Below, piece after piece: positions 19,269-27,452 of a DNA stretch of 32,000 bases (positions within the stretch are counted from its first letter, which is position 1; each line of letters begins with the position of its first letter). The notes under the pieces are model-generated. The model did no database searches. It saw only the letters and a list, made by a program, of their open reading frames with translations, and was not told where the DNA came from. A program made the position numbers and the translations under genes. Source of the stretch: Archaeoglobus fulgidus DSM 4304 (GTDB lineage: Archaea; Halobacteriota; Archaeoglobi; Archaeoglobales; Archaeoglobaceae); the NCBI RefSeq assembly GCF_000008665.1, contig NC_000917.1, positions 1,920,001 to 1,952,000 of the forward strand, given 5' to 3'.

Positions 19269-19837
19269 CCCTCCAGAATAATTTCTGGCAGCTGGACTGA
19301 CTGCGGGCTCTCGTAAACGATTTGTTCGGGATTGTAAAGCCTCAGGACGAGAATGAAGTTCCCTTCACCCCTCAGAGGAATCCAGCTGCCCTCCCGATGC
19401 CTCTGAGAGAGCTTCACAACCCACTTCCCGTCACTCCACTTCACACTCTCTCCAGTCACTGCATAGATGTCGTATTCGTTGGGAATGAGAAAGTGGTCAG
19501 AGCCGTAAACGGTGATGCTCCACCATCTCGCTGGAAACTTTCCTCCCTCAATTCTGTAGTCGCAGTTTAGCCTCAGGGGCTGATTGCTGCTATCCGTTGT
19601 TGCGATAAAGTAAACAGCCTCAGACCTGTTGAGGGCGAAAAGGGCGTGGATGGCAATGGCAGCTCTGGTGTAGATGTCGGCCTTTTCAGAGCCTGCAAGC
19701 AAGTTAGTCTCCCACGGACCGTTTTTCACGCTGAAAAGGTCTGCGATGTAATCAACGGCGTAGTAGGCTGTAATCACTCCGAATGCAATGCCTGCGATGG
19801 CAGCGAGAATCAGCCACTTCACAATTCTCCTATTCAA
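19259..19837 (-). CDS. DUF1214-like membrane-anchored protein
   Basis: NCDYRIEGGKFPARWWSITVYGSDHFLIPNEYDIYAVTG...; start may be GTG at 19822 given TATA position. Confidence 0.75.
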   Translation of the reverse strand: MNRRIVKWLILAAIAGIAFGVITAYYAVDYIADLFSVKNGPWETNLLAGSEKADIYTRAAIAIHALFALNRSEAVYFIATTDSSNQPLRLNCDYRIEGGKFPARWWSITVYGSDHFLIPNEYDIYAVTGESVKWSDGKWVVKLSQRHREGSWIPLRGEGNFILVLRLYNPEQIVYESPQSVQLPEIILEGCR

Positions 19838-19847
19838 AAATCCTTAT

Positions 19848-19868
19848 AAATATTACTGACAAATTGCT
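19848..19868 (+). repeat. 21-nt direct repeat, left copy (aaatattactgacaaattgct)
   Basis: Identical to 26582..26602. Confidence 0.9.
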
Positions 19869-19991
19869 TTACATTCTACCATCCCGTGTCAGCAAACCGC
19901 ACGATGTGGGATTGGTATGGCTAGAGCAATCGACAGAAAGATCGCAAGCACGAGTCTGTTCGCCAGCCTCAATTTATCCATGCTCCCTCTC

Positions 19992-20390
19992 CTAAGAAAC
20001 ACCAACAAAAGCCATAAACAAGCCCGAAGAGGCGACGTTCGCAGCGATCCACGTTGCTGCGAGATGCCTTCTGCTCGCATTAACGAGGGCGAGGGACGAG
20101 GTGAGGGCTAAAGCTAATCCTTCCAGGATACAAAGAGATGTTAGTATCACAACGCCGAGGTACGCTGGAATGCCGACGAATAGCCTTAGACCTTGAATGG
20201 ATGTAAAGTCGATTGCCACAAAGGAGAGTGTTACTGGGATGAACGCCTTCTCCTTAACCTCCACCCCAAAAATCCGTGAGTACAGCAGCAAGAGCGTAGC
20301 GTTGAGGGCGTAGGATAGCGAAACAACGAAGGCGACATATTCCGGGAAGGACGAGAAGCTGTTGGGAGGAATTAAAAAATTGAAGAACAT
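19992..20390 (-). CDS. Membrane protein, module copy 1
   Basis: Hydrophobic ORF starting 4 nt after the copy-1 caspase-like stop; resembles 21053..21517. Confidence 0.65.
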   Translation of the reverse strand: MFFNFLIPPNSFSSFPEYVAFVVSLSYALNATLLLLYSRIFGVEVKEKAFIPVTLSFVAIDFTSIQGLRLFVGIPAYLGVVILTSLCILEGLALALTSSLALVNASRRHLAATWIAANVASSGLFMAFVGVS

Positions 20391-20396
20391 AAGCCC

Positions 20397-21060
20397 TCAG
20401 ATGTACATGTTGCAGTTGCCCACTTCCCTGTCCAGATCGCAGAACCATGCAGCGCTGTTCGCTTCAATCCTCGCCTCGTGTGCCGTCCTTTTCTGGTAAT
20501 TTGCATCGGAGTTTCCTGTCACGTGATCCCAGAATACGTCGGCCCAAGTTCTACAGGTTGGCAATCCGAAAGCATCGTAGTCGTGTATGCTCCCCGAAGC
20601 GCCAATAACGCACTCAACCCCCTTCCTCGCGAGGACGTTTGCCAGCGAATTCGGGTTTTCGTTTGCCGCGTAGCAGGCTTGAATCACGAAAAGCCGAGTC
20701 CGTAAGCCGTATACTGCGTGGTGGTAGCAGTACCAGAGCTCTGGGTGTTTACCTGTTCCCTTAACAACTATGCACTCTCCCTTTCCGTATCCTCCGCCCT
20801 CCTTGTTTCCGTGACCGGAATAAAACACAGCCTCGTAGTTTCTAAGAATTTGATTTACAGCGTTTGTGTTGTCTACAACGCCAAAGTCATCAACATCAGG
20901 ATCCCAATTCTTTTCCATCGAATTTTTTGCAGCGTTCGTGTTATCTTTAACCCACCAATCACCCGCTCTAAACACCGCTCCCTGATCGTTATCCACACCA
21001 ACCACCATTCCAAGCAGCCCACTCTGAACTAACTGAAACCACCTCCGTCCGCCTAACACC
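20397..21060 (-). pseudogene. Clan CD (caspase/gingipain-like) protease-like protein, 5'-truncated copy 1
   Basis: EAVFYSGHGN...RTRLFVIQACYAA; aligns with the C-terminal about 220 aa of 21522..22463. The ORF-track N-terminus (to 21140) is frame-shifted read-through of the upstream membrane gene. Confidence 0.65.
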
Positions 21061-21517
21061 TGTATGGTGGCATGCCGCAGAAGTGCGGAACGAAGAAAAT
21101 TGCAACCACCAAGGTGGAAATGGAGTTGGCGAGCATCCACGAAATCACCAGATGCTTCCTGTTGACCTTCGTAAAAGCGAAGGATGCGGAATATCCAAGA
21201 ATTATCCCGCCAACGATCGCATCAAGCGCTCCAAGCTCTCCTCTGTATCTCGCCAGCTCGTCCATCAGTCTCCAGTCCCCCCACAGCCAGTAGGGCATGC
21301 TTACTATGCCCCAGCTAACGAGCCCACCAGCCAACATGGCGGCGAAGTCGAGTGGAACGAGCAGCATAGTCACGATCGGGAATTTGATCTTATCCACTTT
21401 TGATTTCGTTATCAAAGCGTATGCAGCAAGGAAGATTGCGTTTGTGGCGTAGGAGTTGATAATAAAGCTGAAATCGCCGAGTCCCGGATAGTAGGGGATG
21501 TAAAAAATGAAGAGCAT
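21053..21517 (-). CDS. Membrane protein, module copy 2
   Basis: Start ATG at 21517 (MLFIFYIPYYPGL...) 4 nt after the upstream stop; ORF-track N-terminus (to 21640) overlaps the protease-like gene in another frame. Confidence 0.7.
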   Translation of the reverse strand: MLFIFYIPYYPGLGDFSFIINSYATNAIFLAAYALITKSKVDKIKFPIVTMLLVPLDFAAMLAGGLVSWGIVSMPYWLWGDWRLMDELARYRGELGALDAIVGGIILGYSASFAFTKVNRKHLVISWMLANSISTLVVAIFFVPHFCGMPPYRC

Positions 21518-21521
21518 GCTA

Positions 21522-22463
21522 TCAAATGTAGAAGTTGCAGTCTCCCCTCTCAACGTCGAGGTTGCAGTTCCTTGGTATCCAACCAAATAGGTTGTTAGTT
21601 TCAATCCTCGCTTCGTGTGGTGTCCTCCTGTACCCCGCATCTACATTGCCCGTTACTCTGTCCCAGAAGGCGTCAGCCCAAGCGGCACATGGTGACCAGT
21701 AGTTGTAGTCGTACAACTCCCCATCATCAGCGATAACGCACCTAACCCATTTCTCTACCAGCCACTCAGCCAGTCCATTGCCCGCATAGCAGGCTGAGAC
21801 AACGAAGAGCCTCGTTTGTCTGCCGTATGCAACATCTTTCGAGCAGAAGTTGATCTTGTTGCTGTTCTTCTCACCTTTAATCAGAATGCAGTAGTTGCTT
21901 CCGTGTCCAGAATAATACACCGCCTCGTTTTCCTCAAGTATCTGGTTTACAATGTGAGCGCATCCACTCTCACTGGAGCAGTCTAAAACGTCTCTGTTGT
22001 CCACGTTGCTATCCCACGGATAGTCTTTTGGTCTGTTTTTCTCCATCGAGCTTTCAGCAGCCTTTATATCATCCCAACATTTCGGATCGTCCACTCTGAA
22101 AACTGCCCCTTGGTTGTTGTCTACACCTTTAACGGAAGTCCTAAGAAAACCGTCATTCTCAAGACCCATCCCGCCCAACTTCCATCCAAGCTCGCTGAAG
22201 TTGATGTTTGTTTTGTATTTTTGCATAACCACCTTCAAAATTTCTTCGCCAACCTCTCTCTCGTTCTCCAAACTTATGATCCTGCTCGGCTTTGGCGTAA
22301 CCCACACCACACCAACGTCAGGAATGAACATCACACCCCCCTTCATGTTCTCCTTCATTATTTCCAACCTCTTCTTAATTCTCGGATTGAGATCAAACTT
22401 GAAATCACTCACCGGCATCTTCCTGAACGCTGCAATCTTACCAATCATCCTGTTAATTACCAC
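21522..22463 (-). CDS. Clan CD (caspase/gingipain-like) protease-like protein, copy 2
   Basis: VYYSGHGS ... TRLFVVSACYAGNGLAEWL: His and Cys catalytic-type motifs; coding signal continues upstream to about 22587 in other frames. Confidence 0.7.
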   Translation of the reverse strand: MVINRMIGKIAAFRKMPVSDFKFDLNPRIKKRLEIMKENMKGGVMFIPDVGVVWVTPKPSRIISLENEREVGEEILKVVMQKYKTNINFSELGWKLGGMGLENDGFLRTSVKGVDNNQGAVFRVDDPKCWDDIKAAESSMEKNRPKDYPWDSNVDNRDVLDCSSESGCAHIVNQILEENEAVYYSGHGSNYCILIKGEKNSNKINFCSKDVAYGRQTRLFVVSACYAGNGLAEWLVEKWVRCVIADDGELYDYNYWSPCAAWADAFWDRVTGNVDAGYRRTPHEARIETNNLFGWIPRNCNLDVERGDCNFYI

Positions 22464-22699
22464 ATAGCAATCTTCGCCGAAAACGGGGATACTGTTTCCC
22501 TCCCCGCGTACAGCTCAACAGAGGGCTTTGCGGTTGCCGTACGCTCAGCATTACCAAAACCAGCAGCACCGCAGCAATCCTTACCATGCCACAACACCTC
22601 TTAGCTCATGATACACAATGTCTAACAAAACTTAAATTTTTCGGTGCCAGTTTTTAACTTTTTAACATTAACATCTGAATTCCGCATCCGACAAAAATC

Positions 22700-23107
22700 T
22701 CATGAGACCATCTGCTCCAAGTCCTCTCTCGTTATCCTGTTCCTCCTTTCCTGATCTTTCCACAGCTTTCTGAAGTGGTAGAAGTATTCATACAGCTCCA
22801 ACTCATCTCTGCAGAACACGATTACGTGCTTTTCAATCACTTCAATTTTCATGTATAGGGGGAGTTCCTCAAAAAGCCAGACGTCGTATTTCTTCCCCAC
22901 CACATCGACTCTCTTGAAAACCTCCCTGATGTCATATCCCTCCGGCGAGACGATGCAAACGTCAATGTCTCTGCTTGAACTGCAATCTACCGCCGAGCCA
23001 AACAGGAGGACAGCAAGAACATCGTCTTTCAGGAACTCAAAGTCCCTATAAATTACATCTTTTTTCTCAGCCACGACTTCATCACCTTCACAAATTCCTG
23101 AAGGCAC
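22700..23107 (-). CDS. Minimal nucleotidyltransferase (MNT) domain protein; possible antitoxin
   Basis: AVLLFGSAVDCSSSRDIDVCIV (GS...DxD). Real start may be internal (about 23074-23077). Confidence 0.85.
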   Translation of the reverse strand: MPSGICEGDEVVAEKKDVIYRDFEFLKDDVLAVLLFGSAVDCSSSRDIDVCIVSPEGYDIREVFKRVDVVGKKYDVWLFEELPLYMKIEVIEKHVIVFCRDELELYEYFYHFRKLWKDQERRNRITREDLEQMVS

Positions 23108-23463
23108 GGAATGATCTCCTCTATTGAGTTGAGGGCAATTCTATCATCAAGTCCATTGTAGCGGTGAACCAGCCTGTTTCTAAGCCCATTCGCAACTTTT
23201 AAACATTCTGAAATATTTTTATCAACCATCTCCCCCCATTTCTGGAAGTTGGTGTAATCGTCTTTTGGGGGAACGCCAGAATCTCTAAGAAACATCGCCA
23301 CAAGATCGCATGCAGCTTCAACAGCCTCCTGAGCAGCTTTATAAACTGCCAGTCTCGACTTTTTGTCAACTTTTGCCTCCTCAATCCAGTTCAGAATGTC
23401 ACCAACTCTCTCCTCAATGTGTCCAAACTTGTCGAGATATCTGGCAATCCTCTTTTCGTCCAC
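23053..23463 (-). CDS. HEPN domain protein (possible HepT-like toxin RNase)
   Basis: ANGLRNRLVHRYNGLDD (R-x4-H) in a helical protein, directly upstream of the MNT gene. Confidence 0.87.
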   Translation of the reverse strand: MDEKRIARYLDKFGHIEERVGDILNWIEEAKVDKKSRLAVYKAAQEAVEAACDLVAMFLRDSGVPPKDDYTNFQKWGEMVDKNISECLKVANGLRNRLVHRYNGLDDRIALNSIEEIIPCLQEFVKVMKSWLRKKM

Positions 23464-23488
23464 AGTTCAACTGTGACACAGTCATATA

Positions 23489-24463
23489 TTACTGTTTTCC
23501 GTTATTGGGTCGGTATTTCTTGACATCATCGTTCAGAAGTTGAATGAAATTAACGCACTTATCGCCCCTGTAATCGTATCTCAGAATTTCGTTCGCATAG
23601 CCATCCTTCGTGTATCCTCCGAAAATGTAGATGTACTCGCCCCCGACAGCCACCGCCTGACCCCTTGCAACTGGAAGCTTGGTCCTCATCTCGCACAGCT
23701 CTCCTGTTTTCGGGTTAAATCTGATGATCTCATCCTTCGTTTCTGCGATTCCGCTGCTACCGCCGATGGCGAAGATGTAGCCATCCGCCACCGTAGCAGC
23801 TCTGACCCACACTCTGTCGGTGAAGGCTATCCACTTAAATCCTCCCATGGGGTCGAAGCTTGCAACCCCTTCGCCACAGAAAAAGTATGCTTTGCCGCCG
23901 TACCAAACGACCGAGTGAACACATCCTCCCGGATGCTCGATGGGGCAAGAAACATCCAATTTCGCAAAGCTTTCGTTGCTCGGATAAAAGGCGTAAACCT
24001 CGCATCTCTCGCTGTTGTTCAGGAAGATGTAAACCCTACTATCTCCCCACACCGCTGCCACGTCGGAGGTTGGATGGGGAAGAGATGCGTTTAGAACTCT
24101 TAACCTCTCCAATTTTGGGTTGAAGCTCAGTATCTGATCTGTGGGGGAATACTTTCCGTTCTCGAAGACAGTTCCGCCGAAGATTAGAATCTCCTCTCCA
24201 TCCCACACCGCCGCCTCCCTCTGACTGAAATCCTCACTGCTGAGAAGAATCTCCAGACGATTTGGAGGGTGGAATTCTGCAAAGGATGTTCCGTCAACAG
24301 TCCCCAAACCGAGGTAAACCCTATCTTCCGCCTTCACACTCCACCAGACGTACACGATAGACTCATCAGCTATTTTGCCGAGACTTGTAATCTTGTCTCC
24401 TTCATCAGTCACGCAGCAGCAAAGCAGTGCAATTGCGATGAGCAGAAGTGGCTGCGGTTTCAT
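23489..24463 (-). CDS. Kelch-like beta-propeller protein with signal peptide (possible lipoprotein)
   Basis: Repeated blades, e.g. GYIFAIGGSSGIAETKDEIIRFNPKTG and EYIYIFGGYTKDGYANEILRYD; N-term LLLIAIALLCCCV. Confidence 0.85.
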   Translation of the reverse strand: MKPQPLLLIAIALLCCCVTDEGDKITSLGKIADESIVYVWWSVKAEDRVYLGLGTVDGTSFAEFHPPNRLEILLSSEDFSQREAAVWDGEEILIFGGTVFENGKYSPTDQILSFNPKLERLRVLNASLPHPTSDVAAVWGDSRVYIFLNNSERCEVYAFYPSNESFAKLDVSCPIEHPGGCVHSVVWYGGKAYFFCGEGVASFDPMGGFKWIAFTDRVWVRAATVADGYIFAIGGSSGIAETKDEIIRFNPKTGELCEMRTKLPVARGQAVAVGGEYIYIFGGYTKDGYANEILRYDYRGDKCVNFIQLLNDDVKKYRPNNGKQ

Positions 24464-24579
24464 TTTATCATCCCCTTATTTCAGGCATCAAACTCCAAGT
24501 TTGCAGCGTAAAATACCACATGAGCAGAGGTAGGTTTATACCTCATACTCTACTCGGGACCCTAAAAATAAGCAACATT

Positions 24580-25215
24580 TTAAAGTTCACCCCCGCAAGA
24601 AACGGGAACTTTCATCCATCTGCCCCTCTTGTCCTCGGTAATATTAACGGGAGTTGTCTTGCACCATAGATAGTTGTAATGGCCGAAGTTGGTGTAAATC
24701 CTTTTTCCGAAAATGTCCACGTAGTCCAGTTCAAGGTAATACAACATGACCTGCAGGCTGACGTAGCTTGAGTTTGTGTAATCGAGAAGGACACTAACAT
24801 TCCCGTCGTCTATTCTGTATTCAGTGAGGTTCTCTATCTTAATTTCTGGGAATTCGACTGTGATGTCCATTCTGTAATTGGTTAAGGTTTCATTTTCTCC
24901 ATGCAGTCGATAAATCTCATAGTAAGGTTTTTCGCGAGCTATTTTTATATACGTTCTGTTGCCAATTTTAACAATTTCGAAATTTGCCGGTACTATCTCC
25001 AGCGAGCCCAGCTTGGCTGCAGGGATCAAGACCGTTACGTTTTCGAATGGCTTGCGGCTTTCAAGATATATGTAGTAGCTTAGCGTGTATCTTTCCTTGG
25101 TTGCGAGAGGGTCCAGCAGTCCAAAACCACCATAAACAATGAACATCGGGAGGAATAACAGTCCCAAAAAAAGGAGTATTAGAAACACCACCAATGCTGC
25201 AGATGTGCGCTTCAT
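24580..25215 (-). CDS. Hypothetical exported/membrane-anchored protein
   Basis: N-terminal TM LVVFLILLFLGLLFLPMFIVYGG, extracellular-like N-glycosylation-rich remainder; 6 nt after the upstream stop. Confidence 0.65.
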   Translation of the reverse strand: MKRTSAALVVFLILLFLGLLFLPMFIVYGGFGLLDPLATKERYTLSYYIYLESRKPFENVTVLIPAAKLGSLEIVPANFEIVKIGNRTYIKIAREKPYYEIYRLHGENETLTNYRMDITVEFPEIKIENLTEYRIDDGNVSVLLDYTNSSYVSLQVMLYYLELDYVDIFGKRIYTNFGHYNYLWCKTTPVNITEDKRGRWMKVPVSCGGEL

Positions 25216-25221
25216 CCTCGA

Positions 25222-26243
25222 TCAAAACATCCGGCTTAAAATTTTTGCAGTGTTCTCGGGAAGTTCGCCCGATTTTACCATGTTTCGCAGGACTTGCTCA
25301 GCGATTTTGTCCGCTTTCGCTTTGTCGGTCATTTTGAACTCGATTACCAACCACCCGTTTTCGAATTTTCTGCTAACTTTTATTGCTCCAGACTTCTCAA
25401 GCATCGTAGCATATTCTTTCACCCATTTTTTGATTTGCACGTTAGTGCCTTTGGCATCCTTAGCAACGAGGGGGCTAAAGGTTGCTGACATTGCGTTTGG
25501 ACTTCTCGTCAGTTCAATCGATTTCTCGTACGGATTGCAATTAACTTCTTGAACGTAATCATCGTAGTCTGCAACGACGCCCGTTAAATACAGAGATAGA
25601 TAGAGTGTGTTCCCTGCAGGTGAGTTCCAGAAAGTCAGTTCAGCATAATATTCGGCAGCGAACTTGTTGTAGGCGTTGCTCAGGTCACTCTCACTTGGGG
25701 AGGAGCCGTAAAGCGATTTCATGGCCTTTGCAATAAGTTTCGTAGGGATGGCGATCCTCACGAAGTCCCAGTTCCAACCTTTTTCGTGGATGACTCTGCC
25801 GTTCACGTAAAATTCTGCTGTTATGTGATCTATTCCGTATTTCTGTGCAGCGTAGTTTGAGTAACCCACACCGTAGGTGCGATCATTGGGCAGTCCTTGT
25901 CCGTTTCCGTGGGCCACCCTATCCTGCATTAAATGGGCTAGCCATCCTTTTGCGAATGCTTTTTCGTCGGTTCCTTTTGCCAAGCTCAACATTGTGTTCG
26001 CTATTTTGATTGCCTTATTCACGTCTTCACCATGGAATTTTTTACCCCAGTCAACAGAGATCGTATAGCCAGCATCCGGCGCAATGGAGCCAGATAAGTA
26101 TTCCATTTTAAATCCCGGATGGGGGTTTCCAGCTTCTGATGACACCTGACGTGCGTTATGGTTCCCCAAGCCATCACCGGTGTCACTAAACTTCCCAGCA
26201 CTACAAACACCAGCACCAACCCAAGCGCTTTGCTACCCCACAT
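25222..26243 (-). pseudogene. Zinc-dependent phospholipase C-like secreted protein, frame-disrupted between signal peptide and body (ORFs 26019..26243 and 25222..26169)
   Basis: Frame 1: MWGSKALGLVLVFVVLGSLVTPVMAWGTITH; frame 2: SEAGNPHPGFKMEYLSGSIAPDAGY...FAKGWLAHLMQDRVAHGNG. Confidence 0.65.
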
Positions 26244-26308
26244 AGTATCACCATTGCATCTTGCAACCTCTTAGCATATAAATCTTTCGTTTATTTCTAT
26301 ATTAAAAA

Positions 26309-26366
26309 GTTTAGATAATATCTAAATGTTTAGATGCGGGCTAAACTGTTTAGACGTTAGCTAAAC
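26309..26366. promoter_or_regulatory. Triple tandem operator-like array GTTTAG-N7-CTAAA(T/C)
   Basis: Dyads at 26309-26327, 26328-26346 and 26348-26366. Confidence 0.8.
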
Positions 26367-26425
26367 GGTCTTATACTTGAGCTATCATAAGGCAATTTTT
26401 TAATACTTTGCACATAGCATCAAAT

Positions 26426-26582
26426 ATGCTCATGCACCTGCTAACGTCAAAGAGGGGAATTGAGGTGCTCAAAGCTCTTGCATCAGGTCCCAAGAGCAGA
26501 ACTGTTTGAGTATGTTAAAGTGAACTCTGCGAGATTGGGGTTTAGATTTACTGGAATAGTTCAGAAGCAACAAATGTTTTAA
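26426..26582 (+). pseudogene. Remnant of a small winged-helix regulator
   Basis: MLMHLLTSKRGIEVLKALASGPKSRTV* then, in another frame, EYVKVNSARLGFRFTGIVQKQQMF*. Confidence 0.5.
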
Positions 26583-26602
26583 AATATTACTGACAAATTG
26601 CT
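26582..26602 (+). repeat. 21-nt direct repeat, right copy (aaatattactgacaaattgct)
   Basis: Identical to 19848..19868. Confidence 0.9.
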
Positions 26603-26604
26603 CT

Positions 26605-27429
26605 ATGAACAGGATTGCTAAACTCCTCAAAACGAAGTATCCGATAGTTCAGGGCCCGATGGCCGGAATAACTCTCGGAGAATTTGCTTCTACAGTGTCT
26701 GAGGCTGGCGGGCTTGGAGTTATAGCTTCTGCCGGCCTTTCGCCTGAAAAACTAAAAGAGGAGATAGAGAAAGTTAAGAACAGGACTGATAAGCCCTTCG
26801 CCGTGAACATTCCAATATATCAGCCCGGCTCGGAGAAGAATCTTGAGACTGCACTTAAAGCTGATGTTGGGATTATTTACACCTCTGCAGGAAGCCCGGA
26901 GAAATACACTGAGAGAGTAAAGGAATCCGGGGCAAAAGTCATACACAAGGTGTCGAGGTTGAAAGAGGGGCTGAAAGCGGAGAAGGCGGGAGTGGATGCT
27001 GTGGTTGCGATGGGCTTTGAGGCGGGAGGGATTATAGGGAGGAGTGGTGTAACATCCTTCTGCTTGATTCCTGAGCTTGCCGACAACCTCAGCATTCCAG
27101 TTGTAGCCGCTGGCGGGATAGCAGATGAGAGGGGATTTGCTGCAGCCCTGATTCTCGGAGCGGAAGGTGTTGAGATTGGCACGAGACTGCTTGCAACCAA
27201 AGAGTGTCCCGTGCCGGAAAGCATTAAGCAAGCTATTTTAAAAGCCACCTGCGACTCCACGATGGTTATTGAGAGCCCGGTTGTAATGAGAGCTCTCAAG
27301 CCAGAGCTGAGCGGAGATTCTGAGAATCCTGCTCTGGGAGGGCAGGTTTCAGGGCTGATTAAGGAGATTCTTACGGTTGAAGAGGTAATCAGGAAAATTG
27401 CAGAGGGGCTGAATAAAGCTAAATTCTAA
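26605..27429 (+). CDS. Nitronate monooxygenase/FabK-like flavoprotein (2-nitropropane dioxygenase family)
   Basis: YPIVQGPMAGITLGEFASTVSEAGGLGVIASAG...VVAAGGIADERGFAAALILGAEGVEIGTRLLAT. Confidence 0.93.
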   Translation: MNRIAKLLKTKYPIVQGPMAGITLGEFASTVSEAGGLGVIASAGLSPEKLKEEIEKVKNRTDKPFAVNIPIYQPGSEKNLETALKADVGIIYTSAGSPEKYTERVKESGAKVIHKVSRLKEGLKAEKAGVDAVVAMGFEAGGIIGRSGVTSFCLIPELADNLSIPVVAAGGIADERGFAAALILGAEGVEIGTRLLATKECPVPESIKQAILKATCDSTMVIESPVVMRALKPELSGDSENPALGGQVSGLIKEILTVEEVIRKIAEGLNKAKF

Positions 27430-27452
27430 GTTGGGGCTTCTTGTTTCCTCTC

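Noticed and set aside
23199-24511. Plus-strand ORFs 23310..23543, 23540..24094, 23860..24123, 24269..24511
   Set aside because: Antisense to HEPN and kelch genes; no recognisable motifs, so treated as shadow ORFs.
26752-27299. Minus ORFs 26752..27231 and 26877..27299
   Set aside because: Antisense to the nitronate monooxygenase gene, which has strong family motifs.
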